Positions 24,090-33,758 of a stretch of DNA of 64,000 nucleotides are shown here, in pieces. Position 1 is the first letter of the stretch, and the number at the start of each line of letters is the position of its first letter. The notes under the pieces were generated by a model. That model saw nothing but the letters and a program-made list of their open reading frames with translations, ran no database searches and was not told where the DNA came from. Source of the DNA: Escherichia coli. GTDB lineage: Bacteria > Pseudomonadota > Gammaproteobacteria > Enterobacterales > Enterobacteriaceae. A program made the position numbers and the translations under genes. Location: NCBI RefSeq assembly GCF_044647545.1, contig NZ_CP172818.1. One strand, written 5' to 3'.

Positions 24090-25076
24090 ATGAAATTACG
24101 CTCTGTAACCTACGCATTATTCATTGCTGGCCTGGCTGCATTTAGTACATCTTCAATGGCGGCGCAATCTTTACGTTTCGGTTATGAAACCTCACAAACC
24201 GACTCGCAACATATTGCGGCGAAAAAATTCAATGATTTATTGCAGGAGAGAACCAAAGGCGAGCTGAAATTAAAACTGTTCCCGGACAGCACTCTCGGTA
24301 ACGCGCAGGCGATGATCAGCGGCGTACGTGGCGGCACCATCGATATGGAAATGTCCGGCTCGAATAACTTTGCCGGGTTATCACCAGTGATGAACTTGCT
24401 TGATGTCCCTTTCCTGTTCCGCGATACCGCTCACGCGCATAAAACGCTCGACGGCAAAGTCGGTGATGATCTGAAAGCCTCACTTGAAGGTAAAGGACTG
24501 AAAGTACTGGCCTACTGGGAAAACGGCTGGCGCGATGTCACCAACTCGCGCGCACCGGTTAAAACCCCCGCCGACCTGAAAGGGCTGAAAATCCGCACCA
24601 ACAATAGTCCGATGAATATCGCAGCATTCAAAGTCTTTGGCGCTAACCCGATCCCGATGCCGTTTGCCGAAGTCTATACCGGGCTGGAAACGCGCACTAT
24701 CGACGCTCAGGAACACCCGATCAACGTCGTCTGGTCAGCAAAATTTTTCGAAGTACAGAAGTACCTTTCTCTGACGCACCACGCCTATTCGCCACTTTTG
24801 GTGGTGATCAACAAAGCGAAGTTTGATGGCTTAAGCCCGGAATTCCAGCAGGCGCTGATCTCATCTGCGCAGGAAGCGGGTAACTACCAGCGCAAACTGG
24901 TTGCCGAAGATCAGCAAAAAATCATCGACGGCATGAAAGAAGCGGGCGTGGAAGTCATCACCGATCTCGACCGCAAAGCCTTTAGCGACGCACTGGGGAA
25001 TCAGGTTCGCGACATGTTTGTTAAAGATGTGCCGCAGGGAGCTGATCTGCTGAAAGCCGTGGATGAGGTGCAATAA
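24090..25076 (+). CDS. yiaO: TRAP transporter periplasmic solute-binding protein
   Basis: 328-aa ORF with signal peptide. Confidence 0.92.
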   Translation: MKLRSVTYALFIAGLAAFSTSSMAAQSLRFGYETSQTDSQHIAAKKFNDLLQERTKGELKLKLFPDSTLGNAQAMISGVRGGTIDMEMSGSNNFAGLSPVMNLLDVPFLFRDTAHAHKTLDGKVGDDLKASLEGKGLKVLAYWENGWRDVTNSRAPVKTPADLKGLKIRTNNSPMNIAAFKVFGANPIPMPFAEVYTGLETRTIDAQEHPINVVWSAKFFEVQKYLSLTHHAYSPLLVVINKAKFDGLSPEFQQALISSAQEAGNYQRKLVAEDQQKIIDGMKEAGVEVITDLDRKAFSDALGNQVRDMFVKDVPQGADLLKAVDEVQ

Positions 25077-25079
25077 ACC

Positions 25080-26576
25080 ATGACGCAATACTGGCTGGGG
25101 TTAGATTGTGGCGGTAGCTGGCTGAAAGCCGGGCTGTATGACCGCGAAGGCCGGGAGGCAGGCGTGCAGCGCCTGCCGCTGTGCGCATTAAGCCCGCAGC
25201 CAGGTTGGGCAGAGCGCGATATGGCAGAACTGTGGCAATGCTGCATGGCTATCATTCGCACCCTGCTTACTCATTCTGGTGTCAGCGGGGAACAAATTGT
25301 CGGTATCGGCATCTCCGCACAGGGAAAGGGCTTGTTTTTGCTGGATAAAAACGACAAGCCGCTCGGTAACGCCATTTTGTCCTCGGATCGCCGGGCGATG
25401 GAAATCGTTCGTCGCTGGCAGGAAGATGGCATCCCGGAAAAACTCTACCCGCTGACCCGACAAACCTTGTGGACCGGGCATCCGGTGTCGCTGTTACGCT
25501 GGCTGAAAGAGCACAAACCAGAACGCTACGCGCAAATTGGCTGCGTGATGATGACGCACGACTACCTGCGCTGGTGTTTAACCGGCGTCAAAGGTTGCGA
25601 AGAGAGCAATATTTCCGAGTCCAATCTCTACAACATGAGTCTTGAGGAATATGACCCGTGCCTCACCGACTGGCTGGGGATCGCTGAAATCAACCACGCC
25701 CTGCCGCCTGTTGTCGGATCTGCCGAAATCTGCGGGGAAATCACCGCTCAGACAGCCGCACTGACCGGTCTGAAAGCGGGTACGCCCATTGTCGGCGGCC
25801 TGTTTGATGTGGTTTCCACCGCACTCTGTGCCGGGATCGAAGACGAATTTACCCTTAATGCGGTGATGGGCACCTGGGCGGTGACCAGCGGCATAACCCG
25901 TGGTTTACGTGACGGTGAAGCGCATCCGTATGTCTATGGTCGCTACGTTAACGATGGTCAATTTATCGTTCACGAAGCCAGCCCCACCTCTTCCGGCAAC
26001 CTCGAATGGTTTACCGCACAGTGGGGAGAAATCTCGTTTGATGAGATTAACCAGGCCGTTGCCAGCTTGCCAAAGGCCGGGGGCGATCTCTTTTTCCTGC
26101 CGTTCCTGTACGGCAGCAACGCCGGACTCGAGATGACCAGCGGTTTCTACGGGATGCAGGCCATTCACACCCGCGCACACCTGTTGCAGGCCATTTATGA
26201 AGGCGTGGTGTTCAGCCATATGACCCATCTCAACCGGATGCGCGAACGTTTTACTGATGTGCACACCCTGCGCGTCACTGGCGGCCCGGCGCACTCCGAT
26301 GTCTGGATGCAAATGCTGGCGGACGTCAGCGGGCTGCGTATCGAACTGCCGCAGGTGGAAGAAACCGGCTGCTTTGGTGCGGCACTTGCCGCCCGCGTCG
26401 GCACCGGAGTTTATCGCGATTTCAGCGAAGCCCAACGTGATTTACAGCACCCGGTACGCACCCTGCAGCCGGATATGACCGCACATCAGCTTTACCAACA
26501 AAAATACCAACGTTATCAGCATCTCATTGCCGCACTTCAGGGCTTTCACGCCCGCATCAAGGAGCACACATTATGA
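25080..26576 (+). CDS. lyxK: L-xylulose/3-keto-L-gulonate kinase
   Basis: 498-aa FGGY-family kinase. Confidence 0.93.
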   Translation: MTQYWLGLDCGGSWLKAGLYDREGREAGVQRLPLCALSPQPGWAERDMAELWQCCMAIIRTLLTHSGVSGEQIVGIGISAQGKGLFLLDKNDKPLGNAILSSDRRAMEIVRRWQEDGIPEKLYPLTRQTLWTGHPVSLLRWLKEHKPERYAQIGCVMMTHDYLRWCLTGVKGCEESNISESNLYNMSLEEYDPCLTDWLGIAEINHALPPVVGSAEICGEITAQTAALTGLKAGTPIVGGLFDVVSTALCAGIEDEFTLNAVMGTWAVTSGITRGLRDGEAHPYVYGRYVNDGQFIVHEASPTSSGNLEWFTAQWGEISFDEINQAVASLPKAGGDLFFLPFLYGSNAGLEMTSGFYGMQAIHTRAHLLQAIYEGVVFSHMTHLNRMRERFTDVHTLRVTGGPAHSDVWMQMLADVSGLRIELPQVEETGCFGAALAARVGTGVYRDFSEAQRDLQHPVRTLQPDMTAHQLYQQKYQRYQHLIAALQGFHARIKEHTL

Positions 26577-27235
26577 GCCGACCACTTCTGCAACTGGCCC
26601 TCGACCACTCATCACTTGAAGACGCACAGCGCGACGTGACGCTGTTAAAAGACAGCGTCGATATCGTCGAAGCGGGCACCATTCTCTGCTTAAACGAAGG
26701 GCTTGGCGCAGTGAAAGCCTTGCGCGAACAGTGCCCGAACAAAATCATCGTCGCTGACTGGAAGGTCGCCGACGCGGGTGAAACGCTCGCGCAACAGGCG
26801 TTTGGCGCAGGCGCTAACTGGATGACCATCATCTGCGCCGCACCGCTCGCGACGGTGGAAAAAGGCCACGCGATGGCGCAACGCTGCGGTGGTGAAATTC
26901 AGATCGAGTTGTTCGGTAACTGGACGCTGGACGACGCCCGCGACTGGCATCGTATTGGCGTGCGGCAGGCCATTTATCATCGCGGTCGCGACGCGCAGGC
27001 CAGCGGGCAACAGTGGGGGGAGGCCGATCTGGCACGCATGAAGGCGCTTTCCGATATCGGCCTTGAGCTTTCCATTACCGGCGGTATTACTCCTGCTGAT
27101 CTGCCACTGTTTAAAGATATCCGCGTAAAGGCGTTTATTGCCGGACGGGCGCTGGCAGGCGCGGCAAATCCGGTGCAGGTGGCTGGCGATTTCCATGCAC
27201 AAATTGATGCCATCTGGGGAGGTGCGCGTGCGTAA
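26573..27235 (+). CDS. sgbH: 3-keto-L-gulonate-6-phosphate decarboxylase
   Basis: 220-aa ORF; ATGA start/stop overlap with lyxK. Confidence 0.93.
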   Translation: MSRPLLQLALDHSSLEDAQRDVTLLKDSVDIVEAGTILCLNEGLGAVKALREQCPNKIIVADWKVADAGETLAQQAFGAGANWMTIICAAPLATVEKGHAMAQRCGGEIQIELFGNWTLDDARDWHRIGVRQAIYHRGRDAQASGQQWGEADLARMKALSDIGLELSITGGITPADLPLFKDIRVKAFIAGRALAGAANPVQVAGDFHAQIDAIWGGARA

Positions 27236-28088
27236 TCATCCGTTAGGGATTTATGAAAAAGCGCTGGCGAAAGATCTCTCCTGGCCGGAGCGGCTGGTGC
27301 TGGCAAAAAGCTGTGGCTTTGATTTTGTCGAAATGTCGGTGGATGAAACCGACGAACGGCTCTCACGTCTTGACTGGAGCGCCGCACAACGTGCTTCGCT
27401 GGTCACTGCGATGATCGAAACGGGTGTTGCCATTCCGTCAATGTGCCTGTCTGCCCATCGTCGTTTTCCCTTTGGCAGCCGGGACGAGGCAGTGCGCGAA
27501 CGGGCGCGGGAAATCATGAGTAAAGCGATTCGCCTGGCGCGCGATCTCGGCATTCGCACCATCCAGCTGGCAGGTTATGACGTCTATTACGAAGACCACG
27601 ACGAAGGCACCCAACAACGTTTTGCTGAAGGGCTGGCGTGGGCAGTCGAACAGGCGGCGGCATCACAAGTCATGCTGGCGGTGGAGATTATGGATACCGC
27701 GTTTATGAACTCCATCAGCAAATGGAAAAAATGGGACGAGATGCTCGCCTCGCCGTGGTTCACCGTCTACCCGGACGTCGGCAACCTCAGCGCCTGGGGC
27801 AATGATGTTCCCGCCGAACTGAAACTGGGCATTGACCGTATCGCCGCGATCCACCTGAAAGACACCCTGCCAGTCACCGGGCAAAGCCCCGGACAGTTCC
27901 GTGATGTGCCGTTTGGCGAAGGCTGCGTCGATTTCGTTGGCATCTTCAAAACGCTGCATGAACTGAACTATCGCGGATCATTTCTGATTGAGATGTGGAC
28001 CGAAAAAGCCAAAGAGCCGGTGCTGGAGATTATTCAGGCGCGGCGCTGGATTGAAGCGCGTATGCAGGAGGCCGGATTTATATGTTAG
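27228..28088 (+). CDS. sgbU: L-xylulose-5-phosphate 3-epimerase
   Basis: ORF 27138..28088; start set at GTG 27228 giving [13 protein letters not shown]..., 286 aa; overlaps sgbH by 8 nt. Confidence 0.9.
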   Translation: MRNHPLGIYEKALAKDLSWPERLVLAKSCGFDFVEMSVDETDERLSRLDWSAAQRASLVTAMIETGVAIPSMCLSAHRRFPFGSRDEAVRERAREIMSKAIRLARDLGIRTIQLAGYDVYYEDHDEGTQQRFAEGLAWAVEQAAASQVMLAVEIMDTAFMNSISKWKKWDEMLASPWFTVYPDVGNLSAWGNDVPAELKLGIDRIAAIHLKDTLPVTGQSPGQFRDVPFGEGCVDFVGIFKTLHELNYRGSFLIEMWTEKAKEPVLEIIQARRWIEARMQEAGFIC

Positions 28089-28777
28089 AGCAACTAAAAG
28101 CCGACGTGCTGGCGGCGAATCTGGCGCTTCCCGTTCATCATCTGGTGACGTTCACCTGGGGCAATGTCAGCGCGGTAGACGAAACGCGGCAATGGATGGT
28201 AATCAAACCTTCCGGCGTCGAGTACAACGTGATGACCGCCGACGATATGGTAGTGGTTGAGATAGCCACCGGTAAGGTGGTGGAAGGCAGAAAAAAACCC
28301 TCGTCCGACACGCCAACGCATCTGGCGCTTTACCGTCGCTATGCCGAAATTGGCGGTATTGTGCATACCCACTCGCGCCACGCCACCATCTGGTCGCAGG
28401 CCGGGCTGGATCTCCCCGCCTGGGGCACCACGCACGCTGATTACTTCTATGGTGCCATCCCCTGCACGCGACAGATGACCGCAGAGGAGATCAACGGCGA
28501 GTATGAATACCAGACCGGCGAAGTGATCATTAAAACCTTCGAAGAACGTGGGTTGAACCCGGCACAAATCCCGGCTGTACTGGTGCATTCTCACGGCCCG
28601 TTCGCCTGGGGAAAAAACGCCGCCGATGCGGTGCATAACGCCGTGGTGCTGGAAGAGTGCGCCTATATGGGCCTGTTCTCGCGCCAGCTTGCACCGCAGC
28701 TCCCTGCGATGCAAAACGAACTGCTGGATAAGCACTACCTGCGTAAACATGGGGCCAATGCCTATTACGGGCAGTAA
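28082..28777 (+). CDS. sgbE: L-ribulose-5-phosphate 4-epimerase
   Basis: 231-aa class II aldolase/epimerase ORF; 7-nt overlap with sgbU. Confidence 0.93.
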   Translation: MLEQLKADVLAANLALPVHHLVTFTWGNVSAVDETRQWMVIKPSGVEYNVMTADDMVVVEIATGKVVEGRKKPSSDTPTHLALYRRYAEIGGIVHTHSRHATIWSQAGLDLPAWGTTHADYFYGAIPCTRQMTAEEINGEYEYQTGEVIIKTFEERGLNPAQIPAVLVHSHGPFAWGKNAADAVHNAVVLEECAYMGLFSRQLAPQLPAMQNELLDKHYLRKHGANAYYGQ

Positions 28778-28807
28778 TCCCTCACGCCGGGGCTTCATTG
28801 CCCCGGC

Positions 28808-28915
28808 ACTACGAATTGATATGTTCCTTGCTGTAACGTCGCTTCCACGCAGCTGGCGTTAAGCCGGTGTGTTTGCGAAAAATCTGCCGGAAATAGCCGA
28901 CGTCATTAAACCGTA
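28808..28915 (-). pseudogene. AraC/XylS-family regulator C-terminal remnant (HTH fragment, frame interrupted upstream)
   Basis: Minus-strand translation ...LAVVGLFQAIRFNDVGYFRQIFRKHTGLTPAAWKRRYSKEHINS* fits the AraC C-terminal HTH pattern; an in-frame TGA lies just upstream. Confidence 0.35.
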
Positions 28916-29123
28916 TTGCCTGGAACAGGCCGACAACGGCGAGTCACTGCATAACCTGTGGCTGCCCGCCGATGCGCCATTTACGACATTTGAAGGTAAT
29001 GGATTGTTCCGCCATAAGATCTTAATCCAGGCACCGGGTTACCGGTATGAACAGAGCAATCCAGAGCAGCAACCGCTGTGGCATTACGACAGTGCGCCAG
29101 CCGCACCGACATCCACCGGTGAA

Positions 29124-29864
29124 TTAAAAACGCCAGCTCACCCCGGTGACAAAGGTAAAACTCTCATTACGATCAATCATCGGGCTGTCGGTAATCTCTT
29201 CCGGCAGCTCGCTGTATCCTGCGCTCGCCATCAATACGACGTGCTCTCCTATCGGGTATTTTGCCGTCAGGCTGACATAGGGCACCCAGGCATCCTGCGC
29301 GGAATAACTTGCCAGACCGCTACGACGGGACTCACTCTCTGAAATGCCATAGTAATAGTCACTGAAATTCTCGTCATAATAGAGAACGCCCAGCGCAGGT
29401 GTCAGCGACAGACGACCTATCTGCATTTTGTGGAATACCGATAGCTCCCCCACCCAGCCGTTGCTGTTATCCAGAACGTCCGCAGCTGCAGAGGCTTTCA
29501 CGGTTCCCCAACGCTCGTGGTGATACCAGGCAACCCCCGCCATAGCCGTACTATCACGCTTATCAAGCTGTTGCATGGCATAATCGTCATTATCGGTAGG
29601 GTCAAATTCCAGCGGCATCCAGGATGCGGTCAGGCTAAGTTCATTTTTTTCACTTTGCGACAGAATAAAACCTAACGTGGTCTGACGAACATAAAAAGTA
29701 TCACCTTCATAACTAATCAGCGGAATTGCCTTCGTATTTTCATTATAACCGCGATAAGGCGATTCATTATAAGCCGCACCAGCACCAATGGATAATTCAG
29801 AAGCAGTTGCGCTTGCCATAAAAGGCAACGCAAATAACGCCACAATATTGCGATTAATTAACAT
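29124..29864 (-). CDS. yiaT: Outer membrane protein (MipA/OmpV family)
   Basis: 246-aa ORF with signal peptide, beta-strand-like alternation and C-terminal F. Confidence 0.88.
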   Translation of the reverse strand: MLINRNIVALFALPFMASATASELSIGAGAAYNESPYRGYNENTKAIPLISYEGDTFYVRQTTLGFILSQSEKNELSLTASWMPLEFDPTDNDDYAMQQLDKRDSTAMAGVAWYHHERWGTVKASAAADVLDNSNGWVGELSVFHKMQIGRLSLTPALGVLYYDENFSDYYYGISESESRRSGLASYSAQDAWVPYVSLTAKYPIGEHVVLMASAGYSELPEEITDSPMIDRNESFTFVTGVSWRF

Positions 29865-29987
29865 GTCCGGTATTCCATTTTAAAATAAGATAAAAAAGAG
29901 TCGGCATAATAATGCTTACAATTTCTCCGGTGCAAGATTCATATTTATATAGTAATATATAAAATTATATATAATTGGGCTGTTGCG

Positions 29988-30962
29988 ATGACAAAATTAC
30001 AACTTAAGTACCGGGAGTTAAAAATTATCTCGGTAATCGCTGCCAGTGAAAATATCAGCCATGCCGCGACTGTACTTGGCATCGCACAGGCCAACGTCAG
30101 CAAATATCTTGCTGATTTTGAATCAAAAGTGGGTTTAAAAGTCTTTGACCGAACCACCCGGCAGCTGATGCTCACACCTTTTGGCACCGCGCTGTTACCG
30201 TACATCAACGACATGCTGGACAGAAACGAGCAACTTAATAATTTTATTGCAGATTATAAGCATGAGAAACGTGGTCGGGTCACCATCTACGCCCCAACCG
30301 GCATAATTACCTATTTATCCAAACATGTAATCGATAAAATTAAAGATATCGGTGATATCACCTTATCGCTAAAAACCTGCAATCTTGAGCGTAATGCCTT
30401 TTATGAAGGCGTCGAATTTCCTGATGATTGTGATGTTTTAATCAGCTACGCTCCACCAAAAGATGAATCGCTGGTTGCCAGTTTTATTACCCAATATGCC
30501 GTAACCGCTTATGCCAGCCAGCGCTATCTTGAGAAACATCCCATTAGCCGTCCTGACGAACTCGAACATCACTCCTGTATTTTGATCGACTCGATGATGA
30601 TCGACGACGCGAATATCTGGCGCTTCAACGTCGCCGGGAGTAAAGAGGTGCGGGATTATCGCGTGAAGGGAAATTACGTTTGCGACAACACGCAATCTGC
30701 GCTGGAGCTGGCACGAAATCACCTGGGGATTGTGTTTGCGCCAGACAAAAGTGTGCAGAGCGACCTGCAAGACGGCACGCTGGTGCCCTGCTTTCAGCAA
30801 CCCTATGAATGGTGGCTGGATCTGGTGGCTATCTTCCGTAAACGGGAATACCAGCCCTGGCGGGTCCAGTATGTGCTGGATGAAATGCTGCGTGAAATTC
30901 GCCACCAGCTTGCTCAGTCGCAGCAACTGCGGCCTGAACAAGCGGCGGAAAGCGAAGATTAA
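29988..30962 (+). CDS. yiaU: LysR-family transcriptional regulator
   Basis: 324-aa ORF with N-terminal LysR HTH; divergent-convergent with yiaT/yiaV. Confidence 0.9.
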
Positions 30963-32095
30963 TGATCGAGATAAAGGTAATGCACCCAGCTGGTCATGCG
31001 TAATAGCACTTTGCGCATCACCGAGACATGGCTGAAATGATCAGAGTAAACCGCCACCTGGGCGTAAATACCGTCTGGTAAAGCGCTCAAATCAGTGTGC
31101 TCATCCAGTTCAATGGTCGCGATAACGCCATCTGAACCCGGCGCTGTGTTTAACGTCTGTAAGGTGCCGGTCGACTGATAAGCTCCGCCGGGAACGGCTG
31201 GACTAATGGCTGCCAGCTTACCGCTGAATACCTTACCTGGCAGAGCATTAAACACCACTTCCGCATCGTCGCCAGGAGCCAGTCGCAGCAAGGAGTTCTG
31301 ACGGAACTGCGCCACGATTTGTCGTTTCTGATCGGGTATAAACACCATCACCGGACGTAGCGGCAGCGACGCGGCATAGGTACCCGGACGAATCAGTACC
31401 TGGGTCACATAACCATCGCTCGGCGCACGCACTATCGTCTGCTCAAGGTTATATTTTGCTTCCGCGAGCTGTGCTTTCAGGCTGGCGATTTGAGAATGTT
31501 CACCCAACACCAGGCTATCCAGCTGGCTCTGGATCTGTTTTTGTTCCGCCGCCGATGACTTCACGGAGGCTTCCTGCGCCAGATAATTTTGCCGCGCCAC
31601 ATCGATATCGCGTTCTGAAAACGGGTTTACTTTCGCCTGGCTGCCACGTGCGTAACGCTGATACTCTTTAGCGAATTTATCCCGCGTGGCCTTTGCCTGC
31701 TGAGTATTCGCCGCCATCTCATCTAACTCTGCGCCCAACGCCCGCTGTTTATGTTCTGCGGTAACGATATCCGCCATCAGCCGATCCACCCGCGCCTGAT
31801 AACGCGTCGGGTCCAGTCGAAATAGCACCTCACCTTTTTTAATCAGCGTATTTTTCTTATCCGTCACTTCAATCACCACACCAGTCACCTGTGGGACAAC
31901 AGGAATAGAAATAACCGCTTTTTGCGCTTTAAAGGTATACGGATGGTTATAGTTCATTAACAGAATTAGACCGCTGACAATAAATATGCCACCCAGGGCC
32001 GCTGTGGGAATGGTCCATTTATTTACAGGAATTTTGAAGATCTTAAACATTGCCCATGCAAAAGCCACATAGGTCAAAATAATCAGTAAATCCAT
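30959..32095 (-). CDS. yiaV: HlyD-family membrane fusion protein
   Basis: 378-aa ORF, N-terminal TM, coiled-coil middle; paralog of yibH. Confidence 0.9.
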
Positions 32096-32100
32096 AAGTA

Positions 32101-32326
32101 TTACTCGGCAGAAGAGGTCTTGATGTCGGCGAGCTGTTTCTCCAGCCCGGCAATACGCTGTTGTAGTTGCACAACGCCGGAGGAGTCATGGTTTTGCATT
32201 CCCCATCCCCGCTCCGGGCGGTAAAGCGTGGCCCAAATCCACAAAATGGCCAGATAACATGCAGCGTAAAAAGACTCACCCAACCAGCAACATGAATGGC
32301 GTCGGCATGAGGATGATTACGTTTTG
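32101..32326 (-). pseudogene. yiaW: yiaW (DUF3302 small membrane protein), C-terminal part, separated from its 5' part by IS1
   Basis: Translation ...[46 protein letters not shown] matches the YibI paralog; reading frame runs into the IS1 left end. Confidence 0.8.
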
Positions 32327-32351
32327 GTGATGCTGCCAACTTACTGATTTA

Positions 32352-32657
32352 GTGTATGATGGTGTTTTTGAGGTGCTCCAGTGGCTTCTGTTTCTATCAG
32401 CTGTCCCTCCTGTTCAGCTACTTGACGGGGTGGTGCGTAACGGCAAAAGCACCGCCGGACATCAGCGTTATCTCTGCTCTCACTGCCGTAAAACATGGCA
32501 ACTGCAGTTCACTTACACCGCTTCTCAACCCGGTACGCACCAGAAAATCATTGATATGGCCATGAATGGCGTTGGATGCCGGGCAACCGCCCGCATTATG
32601 GGCGTTGGCCTCAACGCGATTTTACGTCACTTAAAAAACTCAGGCCGCAGTCGGTAA
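32352..32657 (+). CDS. insA: IS1 InsA-like ORF (body in frame with ...[23 protein letters not shown]...; N-terminus out of frame with the canonical GTG start at 32381)
   Basis: ORF-track translation; canonical-looking start GTG 32381 [14 protein letters not shown] reaches TGA at 32423. Confidence 0.7.
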   Translation: MYDGVFEVLQWLLFLSAVPPVQLLDGVVRNGKSTAGHQRYLCSHCRKTWQLQFTYTASQPGTHQKIIDMAMNGVGCRATARIMGVGLNAILRHLKNSGRSR

Positions 32658-33079
32658 CCTCGCGCATACAGCCGGGCAGTGACGTCATCGTCTGCGCGGA
32701 AATGGACGAACAGTGGGGCTATGTCGGGGCTAAATCGCGCCAGCGCTGGCTGTTTTACGCGTATGACAGGCTCCGGAAGACGGTTGTTGCGCACGTATTC
32801 GGTGAACGCACTATGGCGACGCTGGGGCGTCTTATGAGCCTGCTGTCACCCTTTGACGTGGTGATATGGATGACGGATGGCTGGCCGCTGTATGAATCCC
32901 GCCTGAAGGGAAAGCTGCACGTAATCAGCAAGCGATATACGCAGCGAATTGAGCGGCATAACCTGAATCTGAGGCAGCACCTGGCACGGCTGGGACGGAA
33001 GTCGCTGTCGTTCTCAAAATCGGTGGAGCTGCATGACAAAGTCATCGGGCATTATCTGAACATAAAACACTATCAATAA
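32576..33079 (+). CDS. insB: IS1 InsB transposase frame
   Basis: 167-aa ORF ...[21 protein letters not shown]...[48 protein letters not shown]. Confidence 0.85.
   Translation: MPGNRPHYGRWPQRDFTSLKKLRPQSVTSRIQPGSDVIVCAEMDEQWGYVGAKSRQRWLFYAYDRLRKTVVAHVFGERTMATLGRLMSLLSPFDVVIWMTDGWPLYESRLKGKLHVISKRYTQRIERHNLNLRQHLARLGRKSLSFSKSVELHDKVIGHYLNIKHYQ
32631..32641 (+). promoter_or_regulatory. IS1 programmed -1 ribosomal frameshift motif (A6C) joining insA and insB
   Basis: ttaaaaaactc at the insA/insB junction. Confidence 0.6.
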
Positions 33080-33094
33080 GTTGGAGTCATTACC

Positions 33095-33204
33095 TTACGT
33101 TTTTTAGCAATCAGGTAGGGAATATCATGTAAAATAATAATCCCATAGAATATCACCAGAAATACAAAAATAAGCACTCCCAGTGCAAAATAGTCCAGGA
33201 ACAT
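33095..33204 (-). pseudogene. yiaW: yiaW 5' part ([37 protein letters not shown]...), separated from the 3' part by IS1
   Basis: Reverse complement of 33104-33204 encodes the N-terminus homologous to YibI; joining the two parts minus one TSD copy restores a 109-codon frame. Confidence 0.8.
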
Positions 33205-33317
33205 ATTTCCCTCAAAGAATATAAAAAAGAACAATTAACGCATATTATGAAATGCCATGATGCAGTGCAACTTCCTTATTTATATAACGACATATTGTTT
33301 TTTATATACTTTCTGAA

Positions 33318-33530
33318 ATGTGCTGTCTGGTTTTTCAACAGGACGAGGTTTATCATATTGAAATAGTGGAACTATTGGCCAAACTAATGAATAACTCCAG
33401 TAAAACATCCACAGTACAGATTAAGCGTATTAAACCTTCAATTATCTACCGTTTATTGCTGATTGGCCTCGGATCACCAATGGTGATTTACGGCCTGGTT
33501 CGCCCGCTAACCATCGAAACGCGAGATTAA
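33318..33530 (+). CDS. Hypothetical small ORF with a C-terminal hydrophobic segment (possible small membrane protein)
   Basis: 70-aa ORF; internal Met gives a 47-aa peptide MNNSSKTSTVQIKRIKPSIIYRLLLIGLGSPMVIYGLV...; no recognisable homology. Confidence 0.2.
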   Translation: MCCLVFQQDEVYHIEIVELLAKLMNNSSKTSTVQIKRIKPSIIYRLLLIGLGSPMVIYGLVRPLTIETRD

Positions 33531-33638
33531 ACGCCCGGCAATACACGCCGGGCAGCTTCTGCCAGAAACGCACTTCTGTTGGCGTAGTCTGGGTTATTGC
33601 GCACGTAGGTTTAAAACGTAAATTGTAACAACGTGCGC

Positions 33639-33735
33639 TTTGTTTATGCCGGATGCGGCGTGTACCTTATCCGGCCTACGGTCAGGTTCCCGTAGGCATG
33701 ATAAGACGCGTAAGCGTCGCATCAGGCAATGAATA
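33639..33735. repeat. REP elements downstream of aldB
   Basis: gccggatgcggcgtgtaccttatccggcctacgg and gacgcgtaagcgtcgcatcaggc palindromes. Confidence 0.5.
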
Positions 33736-33758
33736 CCCAATGCGACCAGCTTCTTACA

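Larger units (their letters stand above)
32327..33094 (+). mobile_element. IS1 insertion sequence (768 bp), flanked by 9-bp direct repeat ttacgtttt (32318-32326 and 33095-33103)
   Basis: Ends ggtgatgctgccaacttactgat... and ...atcaataagttggagtcattacc match the IS1 inverted repeats as recalled; insA/insB-like ORFs inside. Confidence 0.95.

Noticed and set aside
28094-29342. ORFs 28094..28798 (minus, antisense to sgbE) and 28869..29342 (plus, overlapping yiaT)
   Set aside because: Both overlap confidently called genes on the opposite strand; the 3' part of 28869..29342 is the antisense of yiaT and its 5' part is the antisense of the AraC-remnant region
30438-30941. 167-aa minus-strand ORF inside yiaU
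   Set aside because: Antisense to the LysR-family yiaU frame; no independent support
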